DNA of 63,981 nucleotides, the filler included, from Octopus bimaculoides (lineage: Eukaryota): the NCBI RefSeq assembly GCF_001194135.2. It is 7 parts of 6 records of this genome, joined end to end, with 100 filler letters (N's around TTAATTAATTAA, not from the genome) between each part and the next. Parts side by side here need not be neighbours in the genome. Positions count along the whole stretch, not along the records: positions 21,662 to 45,421 come from NC_068981.1; positions 45,522 to 49,406 come from NC_069005.1; positions 49,507 to 54,356 come from NC_068981.1; 4 more parts are not named here. One strand, written 5' to 3'. The translations under genes and the position numbers were made by a program. The notes beneath the pieces are model-generated. The model searched no databases. It was not told the DNA's origin and saw only the letters and a program-made list of their open reading frames with translations. Numbering within the stretch: the first letter of the stretch is position 1; each line of letters starts with the position of its first letter. Below, piece by piece: positions 38,002-50,362 of this stretch.

Positions 38002-38448
38002 TGGTAAATATATTAATACATACGCACATTATTTGGTTGTTGCATTTGAACTGGTATTCATTTCCTCAAATAAAAGTAAAATTATCACATCAAACTGTTG
38101 AGAGCTTAGTAACTTTCCACTACAATATGCTGCAACTTCACATTTATGGCAGTGAAATTATGATAGTAAATTTCTTAATCTTTCGATTACGAAGCTAATA
38201 GTTTTATTTCAGATGTAGATGCTACTGTGGGAATATATTATCGATTTTCGAGCGAATATCTGTTAAGTTATAAAGAATCTATTCTTGAAATGTCCTGCTC
38301 TCATCTCGTATAGTTTCTGGTATTGTTAGCTCTAGACAATAGTGAACCTGGTTTTGAAAATGGCACAATATATAAGAAAGCTAAAATTCTAAGGAAGCAA
38401 TATTCGCTCTAAATGAAATCTCAATTTTAGCTATAAAGCTCCTGCCTA

Positions 38449-38481
<33 letters not shown>

Positions 38482-38484
<3 letters not shown>

Positions 38485-40460
38485 ATAAAGGACCAAGGAA
38501 TCCGTCCAATAGCAGTGGGTCATGTCATTCGACCACTTGCGGCATAGGAAACATATCGATAAGTCAAGTATATCGTGAGCAAGGCCCTGTCAAGCTGAAG
38601 AGGAGAGCCAATGCGGATATGAAGATGTAGCCCAGGCGGCCTGACATTTCATATTGCATACGTCTCTTTCATCACTTTGCAACCTACTGAAACTGGACAT
38701 AAAAAAACAGTAATACCTTCAATAGTATTAGGTGTATCTAGAGGTGCTACCTCATTATACCTACTTGCATATCTTTCTTACGGGACACCCTGATCACTCA
38801 TAGCTGCTGACAAGAGGATTGCTTCTGCCACAGGTGACTAGGAGGCTGACTCTTTTGGCCGCGCCTTTTTGCGTTAGCTGTCCATGATTTTTCCTATCTG
38901 TCCACTTACACTTCAATGACTAGATGACGGGTTCTTGGTGGTTCGGATCAGTTTGCAGTTAAGGACCTTCACAAATAATCCCAACCTTAAAGCTCTTTGG
39001 GTTTGGTGTGAAGCGGTCGAAAAAGAAGGTAATAAACTTGAGCTATGGGGAGGCTGAATTCCAGTACGTCGTACGCAGCATCCAACCCTCCTCAGTTTCA
39101 GCGCCCCTTGTCCGACACAGAAGGATGCTGTATGCTATTGCGCACCCGGCGGTCTTCACAGCCTGGAATAGCTGTCACTCTACGCAGCGTAGTATGTTAC
39201 CCTTTGAGAGATCGCCCCGGTGAAACCGATGTCACTATCCTGTGCTCTACTGAACTACTCTGCAATGTTAGTTGTGGCTACCCACGAAATTCATTAACCT
39301 CTCTTCCACTTTGAACCTGGCGCTACTGACCTCAGTCCTCAGTTATACCCTCATCGGTGACTTATGCCATGGGATAACTGAATCCGATGTGTCACCTGAA
39401 CTGGAGCCATCTATGGCTAATTAGGCCGTTGAATACCTTGCAGTCCTCCAGAATGTAGATGCCCTATTTAATTGAGGTGACATCAAATGCAAATCTATCT
39501 TCAGGAATATTGAGACATCTTTACAGCAGTAACACCTCATCTGCCTCCGTTCTGTTTCGCAGCTTCAATTCAGTTTCTGCCTCGTCAACCGGTACCTTTC
39601 TTGATGATGAATGCACTCGTATCGGACTGGCCTAGCGTCTCGTATTTCCGCATGTTTGAGCCGCATAAATGCTGTTGTAAAGTTACATCAGACGAATTTG
39701 ACCTGTATTCGTTTATTTTCTGCAGCTATATTGCGAGCCATTTCCGTCACACACCATTTTGAATGATATCATCAGAAGAGACCTCTGCTCACCCGGTTTC
39801 CTGTCATAACTGGAGACAGTAGGTCATTGCGTGGCGATGGTAAGCGCCCCGACAAAACAACTCCGTGCGAGGAGGGTAAATCCCTATTCTGGGACGCGAC
39901 GAACTGCGAAATGTTACCCATCCCCTACCTTGCTTCATCGGCCGTAACCCAAGGATCGATGATTGTAAAGCAGAGGAGAGGAAGATGAAACAAACTTTTC
40001 TAATTTTTTAATTTTCATTTTGTCATTTTTCTACATTTTCCATCGTTTTTTTTTTCTTCATTGTTCAGTTCTGTCATCTTTCATTCTTAGCTTTTTGCTT
40101 TTTCATCGCTAATTCGTAACTTCTCAAGTATCATTTCCTTCTATCTGTTCATTCCCCCTAACTTCGCATTCCTTCTCTTAGCATAGCACCTCTCCTCATC
40201 ACTCTACTAACCCTGTTTTCTCTCTGTAATAAAGATAAAAGTTCTCGAAGCCTGACCTGTTGCTATATGTTTGTGCTGGTCAACGTCGTGGCTTGTGGTG
40301 TTCTTCGCACTACTGATTTCTTCCGCAAAATCGGGATGATAGCGACTCTTCTGCAAAATGATACCTATAAAGCGGGATGGTCGTTACAGCGAGTATCGCT
40401 GAACATTCTTCGTAACAAGGCTTTTGTAACTATGACCGCGAGGGGCGGCTGAACATACCA
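38482..40460 (+). mobile_element. Decayed CRE-clade non-LTR retrotransposon (RT + RLE)
   Basis: Ordered relics: KDQGIRPIAVGHVIRPLAA (38482-38545), LLKLD..N.FNSIR, LDDG, GLASRISACLSRINAVVK, RGDGKRPD...GKSLFWDAT (39821-39905), and FFRKIG...LQRVSLNILRN (ORF 40267-40452). Confidence 0.8.
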
Positions 40461-41785
40461 TTTCTACAGGGGTGGTTAACCTGATATTCTCTTTCCCCAA
40501 TCTTTCCTGGCTTAATTCCTTCAAACAAGCAATTGTTTTATTTTATTTTTTCTCGTTCTGTTCGTTTTCTTGTTGAAATGCCTTTTTATTCTTTGTTCTT
40601 GAAACTTTAAACTTTTATATTTTTAACATTTTGTCTTTTCTTCCCGTACATATGTTGCTAAATATAAATTCATTATATAAACGAAGAAAAAAAAAGACAA
40701 TTCCAACGTAGGAAGTAAAGTTTGTAGTGTTTACTGTCACATTTACATTAAGAATGCATTTACAAACATTACAGGCGTAAAACTTTGTGTTATCTATTTA
40801 TACCTTTTACCTACTGGGATCAATATTTTTTCTTATACCAGGAGCAATAACACAAAGTCCTAATGAAGAACAAAGGTCGATTTATATCAGGATACAAAAT
40901 ATAGCATTTAAGCATTATTGTAAGTGAAGTTAGATCGTGATAGCTTCTGAATTATCAGCGTAACACAGAATTGGTGATATATTTTATAGGTAGAATTTAT
41001 TAACGACCACGACTCTCTCTCTCTCTCTCTCTTCACATCTCATAAGAAATGTTATATATTTATGTCAGTCTAGCAGTCGATCTGGAGATAAGTTATAGGA
41101 ATATAGTATTTTGAATTCTCTTCGTCCTCTTGTTTGTTTAGGAGAGTGTTTAAAACAGGCGTACCAGATGTTGTATTATGCAATAAACTAGTTCATAACC
41201 GATTAAGATTATTCATTTTATTCAAGTGATGTCATGTCTCCGTACAGCCGCGTCAAGCGAATTTCAATGGAATTAATATTTTCATATTTATAATTCTAGT
41301 GTCAATATGATGGTCACTTTAGCAAAAGTGAAGGAAGAATATAATCTATTACCTTCCAAGCAGAGAAACAACAGGACGAAAAATGCCCGAAGACAAAGGA
41401 TATTACAAAACCGGTTAATATTGGCTCTCATGCTCAGAGACAGATAGCTGGGCAAAAGATAATTGCAAATGTTAAAGTCCTGTCTTTCTTAAACCAAATT
41501 TATTACATCAGTTCTTTTCAATCGCATCATTTTACAATTTTACGGACATACTCGAAGTGGTATCTATGAATGTGTGTGTGAGTAAGTGTGTGAGTGAGTG
41601 TGTGAGTCTGTGTGAGTATTCTTTTATTCTCTTATATGTTTCAGCCCTCAGGCTGTCGCCATGCTGGAGCACCACCTTCTTGAATTTGATTCAAATCAGT
41701 CGACCCCTGCTCTTTTCTTTTAAATCTGGTACTTATTTTATCACAAATACTTTAATGCGTATTATCAAGAGATGATTCGGAACAA

Positions 41786-41850
<65 letters not shown>

Positions 41851-41866
41851 CATGACNNNNNNNNNN

Positions 41867-41898
<32 letters not shown>

Positions 41899-41900
41899 CA

Positions 41901-42017
41901 TGACGGATTCCTTTCAGCGTCTGTCTAGTGAACAAACTTACAAGGCGTTGATGGATCTGAGGCTATAGTAGGCTATAGTAGAAAAGAGCTTACCAAGGCA
42001 CTACGCAGTGGGACTGA
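41901..42017 (-). mobile_element. SINE family A fragment
   Basis: GAGGCTATAGTAG...CCAAGGCACTACGCAGTGGGACTGA, with a small internal GGCTATAGTA duplication. Confidence 0.7.
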
Positions 42018-42110
42018 TGAAAGAAGCATGTGGGAAGCCTTTTTCTGAACATACACGCTACTGTGTTTGTATGTCACTCTCTCTCTATCTCTCGCTTTCT
42101 CTCTCTCTCC

Positions 42111-42160
<50 letters not shown>

Positions 42161-42199
42161 NNNNNNNNNNNNNNNNNNNNNNNNNNNNNNNNNNNNNNN

Positions 42200-42245
<46 letters not shown>

Positions 42246-42399
42246 TCTGTTTGGAGTGTTCCAGGACCTAAACACTCATGGAAAAGTGGGGTTGGGCGGG
42301 GAGGCATGTGGTCTTGGATCGTACCGAAAAGCTGTCACTGGATATAATCTGCTTTTGAGGCAGTCGGTGCTGTATCAAACATGACCCCCTCGCCTAATG

Positions 42400-43115
42400 C
42401 TTTGACACCTTTAGATTTGTTGTCCTACATCACTCATAAAGTAAGTTTGGGGGAGCTGTGGTTGTTCGTTTGTGTGTAACAAGGAACCAATGAGGTGATA
42501 GACTTGCTCATGAACTTTGAACGTCGACATAAATCCATATTCAACTATCTACTTCGAGGCACTCAACCATAGTTGTATTGTCTGATATTGTGCAAAAAAT
42601 CATTTGATCCAGAAGATCCATAAAAGGTTGAAGAAGAGCTGGTAGTGCTGGTAATCTTACCTTACTGCCTGAGCATCGCATGCCATTAGTTTCTTTTAGA
42701 CATTTTTAGGCTTTGCAGAAATGACAATTTGAGTTTAGACTGCTGTCTAATCATTAAAACAGTGTTTTAATGAGTCAATATTAAGTACTGATGTTAGGAG
42801 AAAGTCTCATCTCCCTTCTGCATCGAAACTCCATCTGAGGTGCTGCAGCATGTCTTTGCTGATCTTAAGAAAATCTCCTCTTCCTTCTCTCTTGAGACTC
42901 CATTTGGTGTGCTGAAGCACGTATTTGCTGATCTTGGGAAAGGCTCATCTGGTTTCAGTATTGAGATTCCATCTGGTATGCTTCAGCATGCGTTTGCTAA
43001 TCGTGAGAAAGTCTAATCTCCTTTCTCTCTTGAGACTCTCGCCTTTGGTTTTCTACAATCCTCCTTCCTTCATACATGTTTCTTGAGAAGGTACTTCTAT
43101 CCTTTGGTAGCACAT
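42400..43115 (-). mobile_element. Decayed Helitron RepHel N-terminal coding relic with 23-aa repeats
   Basis: CHFCKA*K..KETNGMRCSGSKVRLP (42650-42726) and GFMSTFKVHEQVYHLIGSLL (42477-42536). 69-bp repeats at 42800-43038 translate to ESQERK..RLS.DQQ.HA-type units. Confidence 0.8.
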
Positions 43116-43624
43116 TTTTTCAAAACTGTGAAGCAAAAATTATGAACATAGAAGAAAATATACAGTAATCTCTATTATTTCAAGCAGTTGTATTTATGTA
43201 ATATGTCTTTATTTTTGTATAAATTAGCCAAATATCATCAAAATGACCAAATAGAAACACATGTATGAACTGCTATTATAATGGTAAATTTTCAACTGTG
43301 GCGATAGTTATGTAGTAGTAACTGAACAGTAAATGTGTATTTTTATATAACTTGGACCAGCCACCGCATTGTTTTTTGTCAACAATTTCACATCCAGCCG
43401 TCCGTTATGTCATTCAACACACATACATTGACAGACCATTTATGTGTATATGCGTGTATAAAAGCAGGCGGAGCTCCAGCATGGCCGCAGCCAAATGACT
43501 TGAACAAGTAAAAGACTAAAAGAATATTAAATAACGTCATTTTGGTCTACTCAGAAAGTTACAATGTTTTCGTGACTTTTATTGCACTTAGCAATACAGG
43601 TGCTTCGTTGTACCTGCTGGCCGG

Positions 43625-43850
43625 AGATCCGAAACTACAGACATGTGGTTAGAGTGTCTCGAGGAAGAACTGAGGGAGTGGTTTTGCAGGCAAAACAAAA
43701 GGACAGGAAACCCAAGGGTAGACCAGGAAGAATATGATCGGATAACATCCATAACACTCGGTTGGTCTCGTTTAGGGATTCATCGCTTCGACTAGGTCCT
43801 GATGGATGAGTGCCAGTGGAATCTACTCCCACGACCCTACTACGATTAAA
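43625..43850 (+). mobile_element. RTE LINE C-terminal relic (second, older family)
   Basis: YRHVVRVSRGRTEGVVLQAKQKDRKPKGRPGRI*SDNI resembles GHV.R...ILQG..RGRP..W.DNI. Confidence 0.65.
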
Positions 43851-44824
43851 TAGGTAAAGACGAGATGAGTTATAAATGAGTTAATGTCTTTCTGTGATGC
43901 AGTAAATAGGTTACCTATGGGCGGTAAAGCCAGTAACCACCTTTCAGGTTTTCAGATAAACGATAATTTACCGTATTTGTTCATCTCATATAGTATTAGT
44001 TTGGGATAATATGCACATATTGCATCAGTTTTAATATCTTAGCTACAATAGTAAAGTTTAGAAAATGAAACTCTGACATACAACATGTATAACTGTGTGA
44101 AAACGTTGGATCTAAATAGCTTAATCATTGACACAATGCATAGGGTTTGACTGATTATCGTGATCACATACTGGTTCATATGTTTACCCATGATTGTCTA
44201 CGATTCTAAAATAAATCTATTAACACCTACAAATCATTTTTTGTCACAAAACCAGAAATTTTGAGAGTGGGTGTAAGTAAATTACACATCACTCAGAATG
44301 ATCAAATAGTATTTATTTAACTGACCCTAAAATGATGAGCGTCAAATCAACGTTCTTTCAGTATGTCACCCTAACACCCACATATATTATTACTATTTAT
44401 TCATGAATAATAATGCTTCTGCTCTTATTACTAGTACGGTCAGCACCATAAAAACAATAAATCTACTAGAATATTCTATGGCAATTAATTTGTTTCAGAA
44501 TTTTAGATTTAATTTCAATTTACTCTTACAAAATTTAGGTTATGACTATACTGAAATTAGATTATATATTAAAGGAAAATGTATAATTTTCTCCACGCGT
44601 TTATCCATAATTGCTCCGTATTTATTGAATTTTCTACTTAAGAAGTTTTGAGTTTGCATAGAATTAAGGTGTCTTCGTTCTCTTATTTTCCAATGAACAT
44701 CTAATCGATTAATCTAATAAATATCTCAAGCATATGTCAAAACCCATTAGGTTAGCCATATGCCAACTCAAATTGTAATTCCTGCGTCTTTTTCTTTCTA
44801 GTTCAGTCTTAATGTAACATTCAA

Positions 44825-44825
<1 letters not shown>

Positions 44826-44875
<50 letters not shown>

Positions 44876-44900
44876 CATCATCATCATCATTATTATTATG
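44826..44900. repeat. (ATT)n/(ATC)n microsatellite
   Basis: Direct reading. Confidence 0.95.
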
Positions 44901-44918
44901 ACTAATATTTTTATTGAA

Positions 44919-45121
44919 GGCGGCGAGCAGAATCGTTAACGCGCAGGGCGAAATGTTTAGCGGTTTTCGCACGTCGCTATGTTCTCAGTTTAAATTCCGA
45001 CTAGGTCAACTTTACCTTTCATCATTTCGGGGTCGATAAAATAAGTACCAGTTGAACACTGGGTTCATGTATTCAACTCATTCCTTTCCTCCATAGAGTG
45101 CACTTGTGACAAAATTTGAAA

Positions 45122-45174
<53 letters not shown>
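44919..45174 (+). mobile_element. tRNA-derived SINE family D with long (TAT)n tail
   Basis: Head GGCGGCGAGCAGAATCGTTAAC, B-box-like GTTTAAATTCC, and body TTCGGGGTCGATAAAATAAGTACCAG. Confidence 0.85.
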
Positions 45175-45177
<3 letters not shown>

Positions 45178-45421
45178 TAGTTTTATTTTTATAACGTGCT
45201 TTCACTTCACTACCGAGCGCAGCTCTGTGCGCCTTGGGTATGTGCTGTGGTTTGCTGTGGTGCTCTTATGTTTACTGTATTGAAAGTGTTTTGCGTAGAA
45301 TGTGTGCAGTGCCCAGTAGTGCAATTTTCTGTATGTTATATATATTTGTAAGTCCTGGTGTTTTTGTTATGTATTTGTCTGAATATTTTTTTTATTATAC
45401 CTAAGGCACCTACTATGATAG
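45175..45421 (-). mobile_element. Second young copy of the R4/Dong-like LINE 3' end
   Basis: About 4 differences in 247 bp (counted by eye) from the reverse complement of the 21662-21990 copy. It ends in a long (TAA)n tract. Confidence 0.9.
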
Positions 45422-45521
45422 NNNNNNNNNNNNNNNNNNNNNNNNNNNNNNNNNNNNNNNNNNNNTTAATTAATTAANNNNNNNNNNNNNNNNNNNNNNN
45501 NNNNNNNNNNNNNNNNNNNNN

Positions 45522-45579
<58 letters not shown>

Positions 45580-46084
45580 ACGAGAGAGTGAAACTGCGAG
45601 ACAGAAATACAATGTAATAAAATGAAAGACTGACGAAAAAGATAAATCGAAACGGTTTGGTCTGGAGGTATTTGAAGGAGAAATAAAGCCCTAGGGCGTG
45701 TAAGACACCCCTCCGATTTCAACAGGGGATATTAAAGGGGATTTTCAGTGTATTTGGTACATTTGGATGTTTATTGAAGTATCTACAAAAGAGGAGAGAA
45801 GAAAAAAATATAACAACAAATGTGCAACTTATAGAACGGGAAATATGTTTTTAACAAGAACAGCAACAACAATAACGACAACACTGTAAGTAACGAGGGA
45901 AAACAAAAGTATTAGAAGCTCTTTTATAACAGCAAGAAACGAGTAGAGAGGAAAGCTACTGAAAGATATATGACAGCAGGCAGGAGTAACGCGTTTCAAG
46001 GGGAAAAGTCGTCATACTTCCTCATGAAGACATTTGTAAAATGTTATAGAAGGGATTTGGTTTCTGATTTAGGTTCTATGGTCA

Positions 46085-46445
46085 GTAATTTTGAAGAGAG
46101 GACCCCAGTGCTTGAGAAAAAGCTAAGTTGACCTCGACAGGATTTGAGCAGCTCAGAATGTAAACGGCAGTAATAAATATGGCAAAGTATTTTGACTGGC
46201 AATTTAACGATTCTGGCAGCCATAATAATAATAAGTATTTTGCTGAACCGCTAAGTTACGGGGATGTAAACACACCAACACCGGTTGTCAAGTGGTGGTG
46301 GCGGTAGGGACAAACACAGAGACACACACACAGACACACAGGCATACGCACAAACTATAGTAGAAAACGTTTGTCCAAGGTGCCACGCGGTGGAACTGAA
46401 CCCGGAACCATGTAGTTGCGATGCAAACTTCTTACCACACAGCCT
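46085..46445. mobile_element. Stack of SINE fragments: family D (46085-46222, -), family B (46235-46330), family A (46351-46445, -)
   Basis: Diagnostic blocks of each family read directly. Confidence 0.7.
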
Positions 46446-47189
46446 CGCCCAGGGGAAAAAAATAATTGCGGTGTTTCTTTGAGTTCTTTTAAGTCCTGAG
46501 TCAAAGACTCTGCGAACTCAGCTTCGTCTTTCATCCTTTTTTTGCAAAAATCGTTCTTCATTTCCTACAAAACGGTCTTCTTGCAATCTTTAGTCATGTG
46601 ACGTGACTAACAAATAGCAGCGTTTTCCCCCCCTCATTTTATATACAACATGCAATGACGATTAACTCCTTAAACGGAAGACGTCTGCTGAAGAACCTGC
46701 CATGCTTTTATGTCTTTGAATTGCTGAATAATGAAGATTTAAGCTACCCCCACTGTTAACGCAAATGCTTAACCTTCATCACACATGTTGGGTGACCCGT
46801 TTTCTTTTGATCTAAGTTCCTATCTGCGCGCGCGTGCGATCGTCTATGGTTATATATATATATATATATGTGCAATGTATATTTGTCTATATGTATGATC
46901 ACGTATGTTAATGTGTGTGTGCATGCATACACACATGCATACATGTATACACACATGCATACGCACAAGTACACACACACAACTATAGGTATTGGTGTAT
47001 GCGTGTGTATATATGTGCATACAAAAATATATGTATATGTTATATATATATATGTATGTATTCACATATATGCATATATATATGTATGTATATATGTGTA
47101 TGTGTGTGTGTACTTATATGTGAATACGTCTGTGTGTGAGAGTATAGTAACATACTAAATCAGAGAAAAAGAGCCAGACGGTAGTGTGA

Positions 47190-47229
<40 letters not shown>

Positions 47230-47599
47230 TGAGGGCAGAGGAGGGACTAGGAGGGTGATGAGTGCGATAATTGTTGTGACTGTGGTGATGTTGTTGTTGC
47301 TCGTAGGAATGGTGTTGGTAAATGTGGTGGTGGTGGTGGTAGTAGTAGCTATGGTGATGTTGACGGTGTGGTCTAGGTGGCGTTCGTGTAGGTAGCAATG
47401 TCGGGTGGATTACAAAAAAAAAAAAGCAAAAAACGAAACTAAAACCAATGAGAAAAACACGAGAATAACAACATCAAAACATATTCACCATCGTCATCAT
47501 CATCATCATCATTAGCAGCAACAACAATAACCTCAATAATTACAACACCACCACAAACAGCAACAACATCAACAACAACAACAACAACAGTAACCTAGA

Positions 47600-47835
47600 A
47601 AATCAAAATGGCGTGTTCATCGAATCGTCTGCTCCCCTCCTGCATTCTTTTTCTCTCCGTTAATTTAAAGATTACGACTTGATTCATGGTTTTTCGGTGG
47701 TTTTTGTCCAATTTCCTTCTTCTATTAGTTGTCTTCGTGTTGTTTATATTTTGGGTGTTTCGTTCTCACCGATGTAAGCGCCATCTGTTGCTGATTTTTT
47801 GCTGCACTGGCCTCTTTCTAAAATGGCGCCGGCAA
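47600..47835. promoter_or_regulatory. CpG-containing unique patch with three YY1-like motifs; possible promoter or first exon
   Basis: CAAAATGGCG (47604-47613), GCGCCATCTG (47778-47787), AAAATGGCGCCG (47820-47831). Confidence 0.3.
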
Positions 47836-48219
47836 TATCGATAGATTCTCTTTCATCTTCTTGTTATTTATAACAATGCAGTTAAGTGGTCGCTGATAAG
47901 GATTTTCTGGCTTTCTTTTTGCCTGTCTGTTTATGGAGTTATTTATTTATTCTTATTTATTTATTTATCCATTTATATATATATATTTGTTTACGTCTTT
48001 CGAATATTTTCTTTTTAGTAATTTTGTGTTTCTCTGGATTCACCACTACCGCCACCGCCGCCAATTTCACCAACACAATATCCATAATCATCATTATCAT
48101 GATCATGCTGTTGTTGTTGTTGTTGTTGTTCTTTTTATTCTATGTGTGCGTGTGAATGTGCATGCGGGTGTGTGTGTGTGTCTATTTCTTGCCGTGCCAG
48201 TGGCTTACAGGATGTACTT

Positions 48220-48333
<114 letters not shown>

Positions 48334-48334
48334 T

Positions 48335-48520
48335 TCTTTTCTTGTCATTTCTCTTTTCTGATGAAAGACTAATGTCCGAAACATCATTGACACTTTTGCT
48401 TGTTCTTTTCAAGCGTCGGACTAATAGCACCTTTGCGATTTTGTGAAAACTTGTCCCTCTCCTTAAGTTTTTTCTTGGTCTTCTTCTTTGTTGCCCCTTA
48501 TACACTTATATATACACGCA
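48335..48520 (+). mobile_element. Penelope-type terminal fragment with a minimal hammerhead-like motif (48356-48386)
   Basis: TT-CTGATGA-A-AGAC(TAAT)GTCC-GAAAC-ATC-A; same downstream layout (AGCGTC..TAATA) as 36419-36572. Confidence 0.55.
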
Positions 48521-48720
48521 CGTTTATATGTATACATATATACATATACGTATCTATAAATCAGGTTCAAGTGGATTTACTGAATGCCGGGCACAAAATT
48601 CCTCAATTTGCTTAAATTTTATTCTTAATCAGAGAACTAAAAGTAAAACGGATTTTAAGTTTTTAAAGGTTAAGTTTTTAATCTCTGTGAAAAAAGGAGA
48701 TAATTTGTAAGAAGTAAAAA

Positions 48721-48872
48721 TGGCTGTGGTAAGAAGCTTGCGTCGTTATCACATGGCCCTGGGTTCAGTCTCACTGCGTGGCATCTTGGGCAAGTGTCTT
48801 CTATTTTAGATTCAGGCCGACCAAAACTTTGTGAGTGAATTTAGTTGACAGAAACTGAAAGAAGCCCTTCGC
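48721..48872 (+). mobile_element. SINE family A
   Basis: TGGCTGTGGTAAG head, GGGTTCAGTCTC B box, and CTTGGGCAAGTGTCTTC core. Confidence 0.85.
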
Positions 48873-48918
<46 letters not shown>

Positions 48919-49333
48919 ACCAACAGTACAAAGGATTATTATCATCATCATCATCATCGTCGTCGTTGTCGTTGTTGTTATTATTATTACTAGTCGTAGT
49001 AGTAATTTTCAGGGATACGAATCTTTCACCTGTAGTTAGCGTTCGTCTAACAAATGTTTGTGCCAGAGTACAACAATGCTTACTGTCTCTCCACTATCGG
49101 CAGCGGCGATGCACTTCCGGTGCACTTACGGTGCACTATCACAATTTATTTTATGGCGGTCCACACTATCTTTAATTGAATTCCGATAACACAATTTTAC
49201 TCAACACACACCGCCTTAATGGACTCCTTTCAGCGGATAATCACCACCAGTAGACATACATACATACATGCATACACACACGTACACACGCATACACACA
49301 CGCACGCAAACAGACACACATATATATGTAATT

Positions 49334-49406
<73 letters not shown>

Positions 49407-49506
49407 NNNNNNNNNNNNNNNNNNNNNNNNNNNNNNNNNNNNNNNNNNNNTTAATTAATTAANNNNNNNNNNNNNNNNNNNNNNNNNNNNNNNNNNNNNN
49501 NNNNNN

Positions 49507-49573
<67 letters not shown>

Positions 49574-50149
49574 ACATATATATATATGTATATATGTATA
49601 CATATATATATATATGTATATATGTATACATATATATGTATATATGTGTGTGCATATATGCATGTACGTACATATATATATGCATGTTTGTGTGTGTGTG
49701 TACTGTTTCATTTGAAGCAGTACAGTCTTGAAAGGGAAGGCGATACTGCCTAATATAGTTGAAGATTATGTCTGCGAAAAAATAACAGGATGACCACAGC
49801 TGGCACGAATCTGGTTATAACTGTTTGTGCTGTATTATATAACGAAACAGTAACAACAAGATTATCAACAACAGCAGCAACAACTATTTTGATGGTCTCT
49901 ACAATGAACGAGCGAGTCGACCGGTGTTTGGTCGATCTGCTAGAAATAGGAGTCATATGCCCACAGTATTAAGTGATGCGGTATATGTTAGAAGTAAACC
50001 CAGATCGGTGATGTCCGAGAAAAGAGCAGGATGGTTAAGGAGAAAATATCTCTGAATTTATAAGATGGCACGGTCAAATATTACCAGACGGACACCATAA
50101 CCGACAATGGCAGAAGAGGAAGGAGAACATCAACACAATTAAATGTGTC

Positions 50150-50362
50150 CACCATAGGCTAAAGGCCTGAAATTTGGAGGGAAGACGATTAGTCGATATC
50201 ATTGACCTTACTCCTTGATAAGGACTTCTTTATATTATTGATCACGAAATGATTAAAGGCTATATTGACCTCGGCGATATTTGAACTCAGTAGGTACAGA
50301 GTCGGGAAAACGCTACTAGCCATTCTAGCGAACGCTCTAACGATTCTGCCAAACACTCCACC
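50150..50362 (-). mobile_element. SINE family D, decayed
   Basis: Reverse complement of GGCAGAATCGTTAG...GAGTTCAAAT..CCGAGGTCA. Confidence 0.7.

Noticed and set aside
41800-41906. Apparent tandem duplication CACACA..TATATATACATGAC on both sides of a 10-N gap
   Set aside because: Most likely overlapping contig ends left unmerged.
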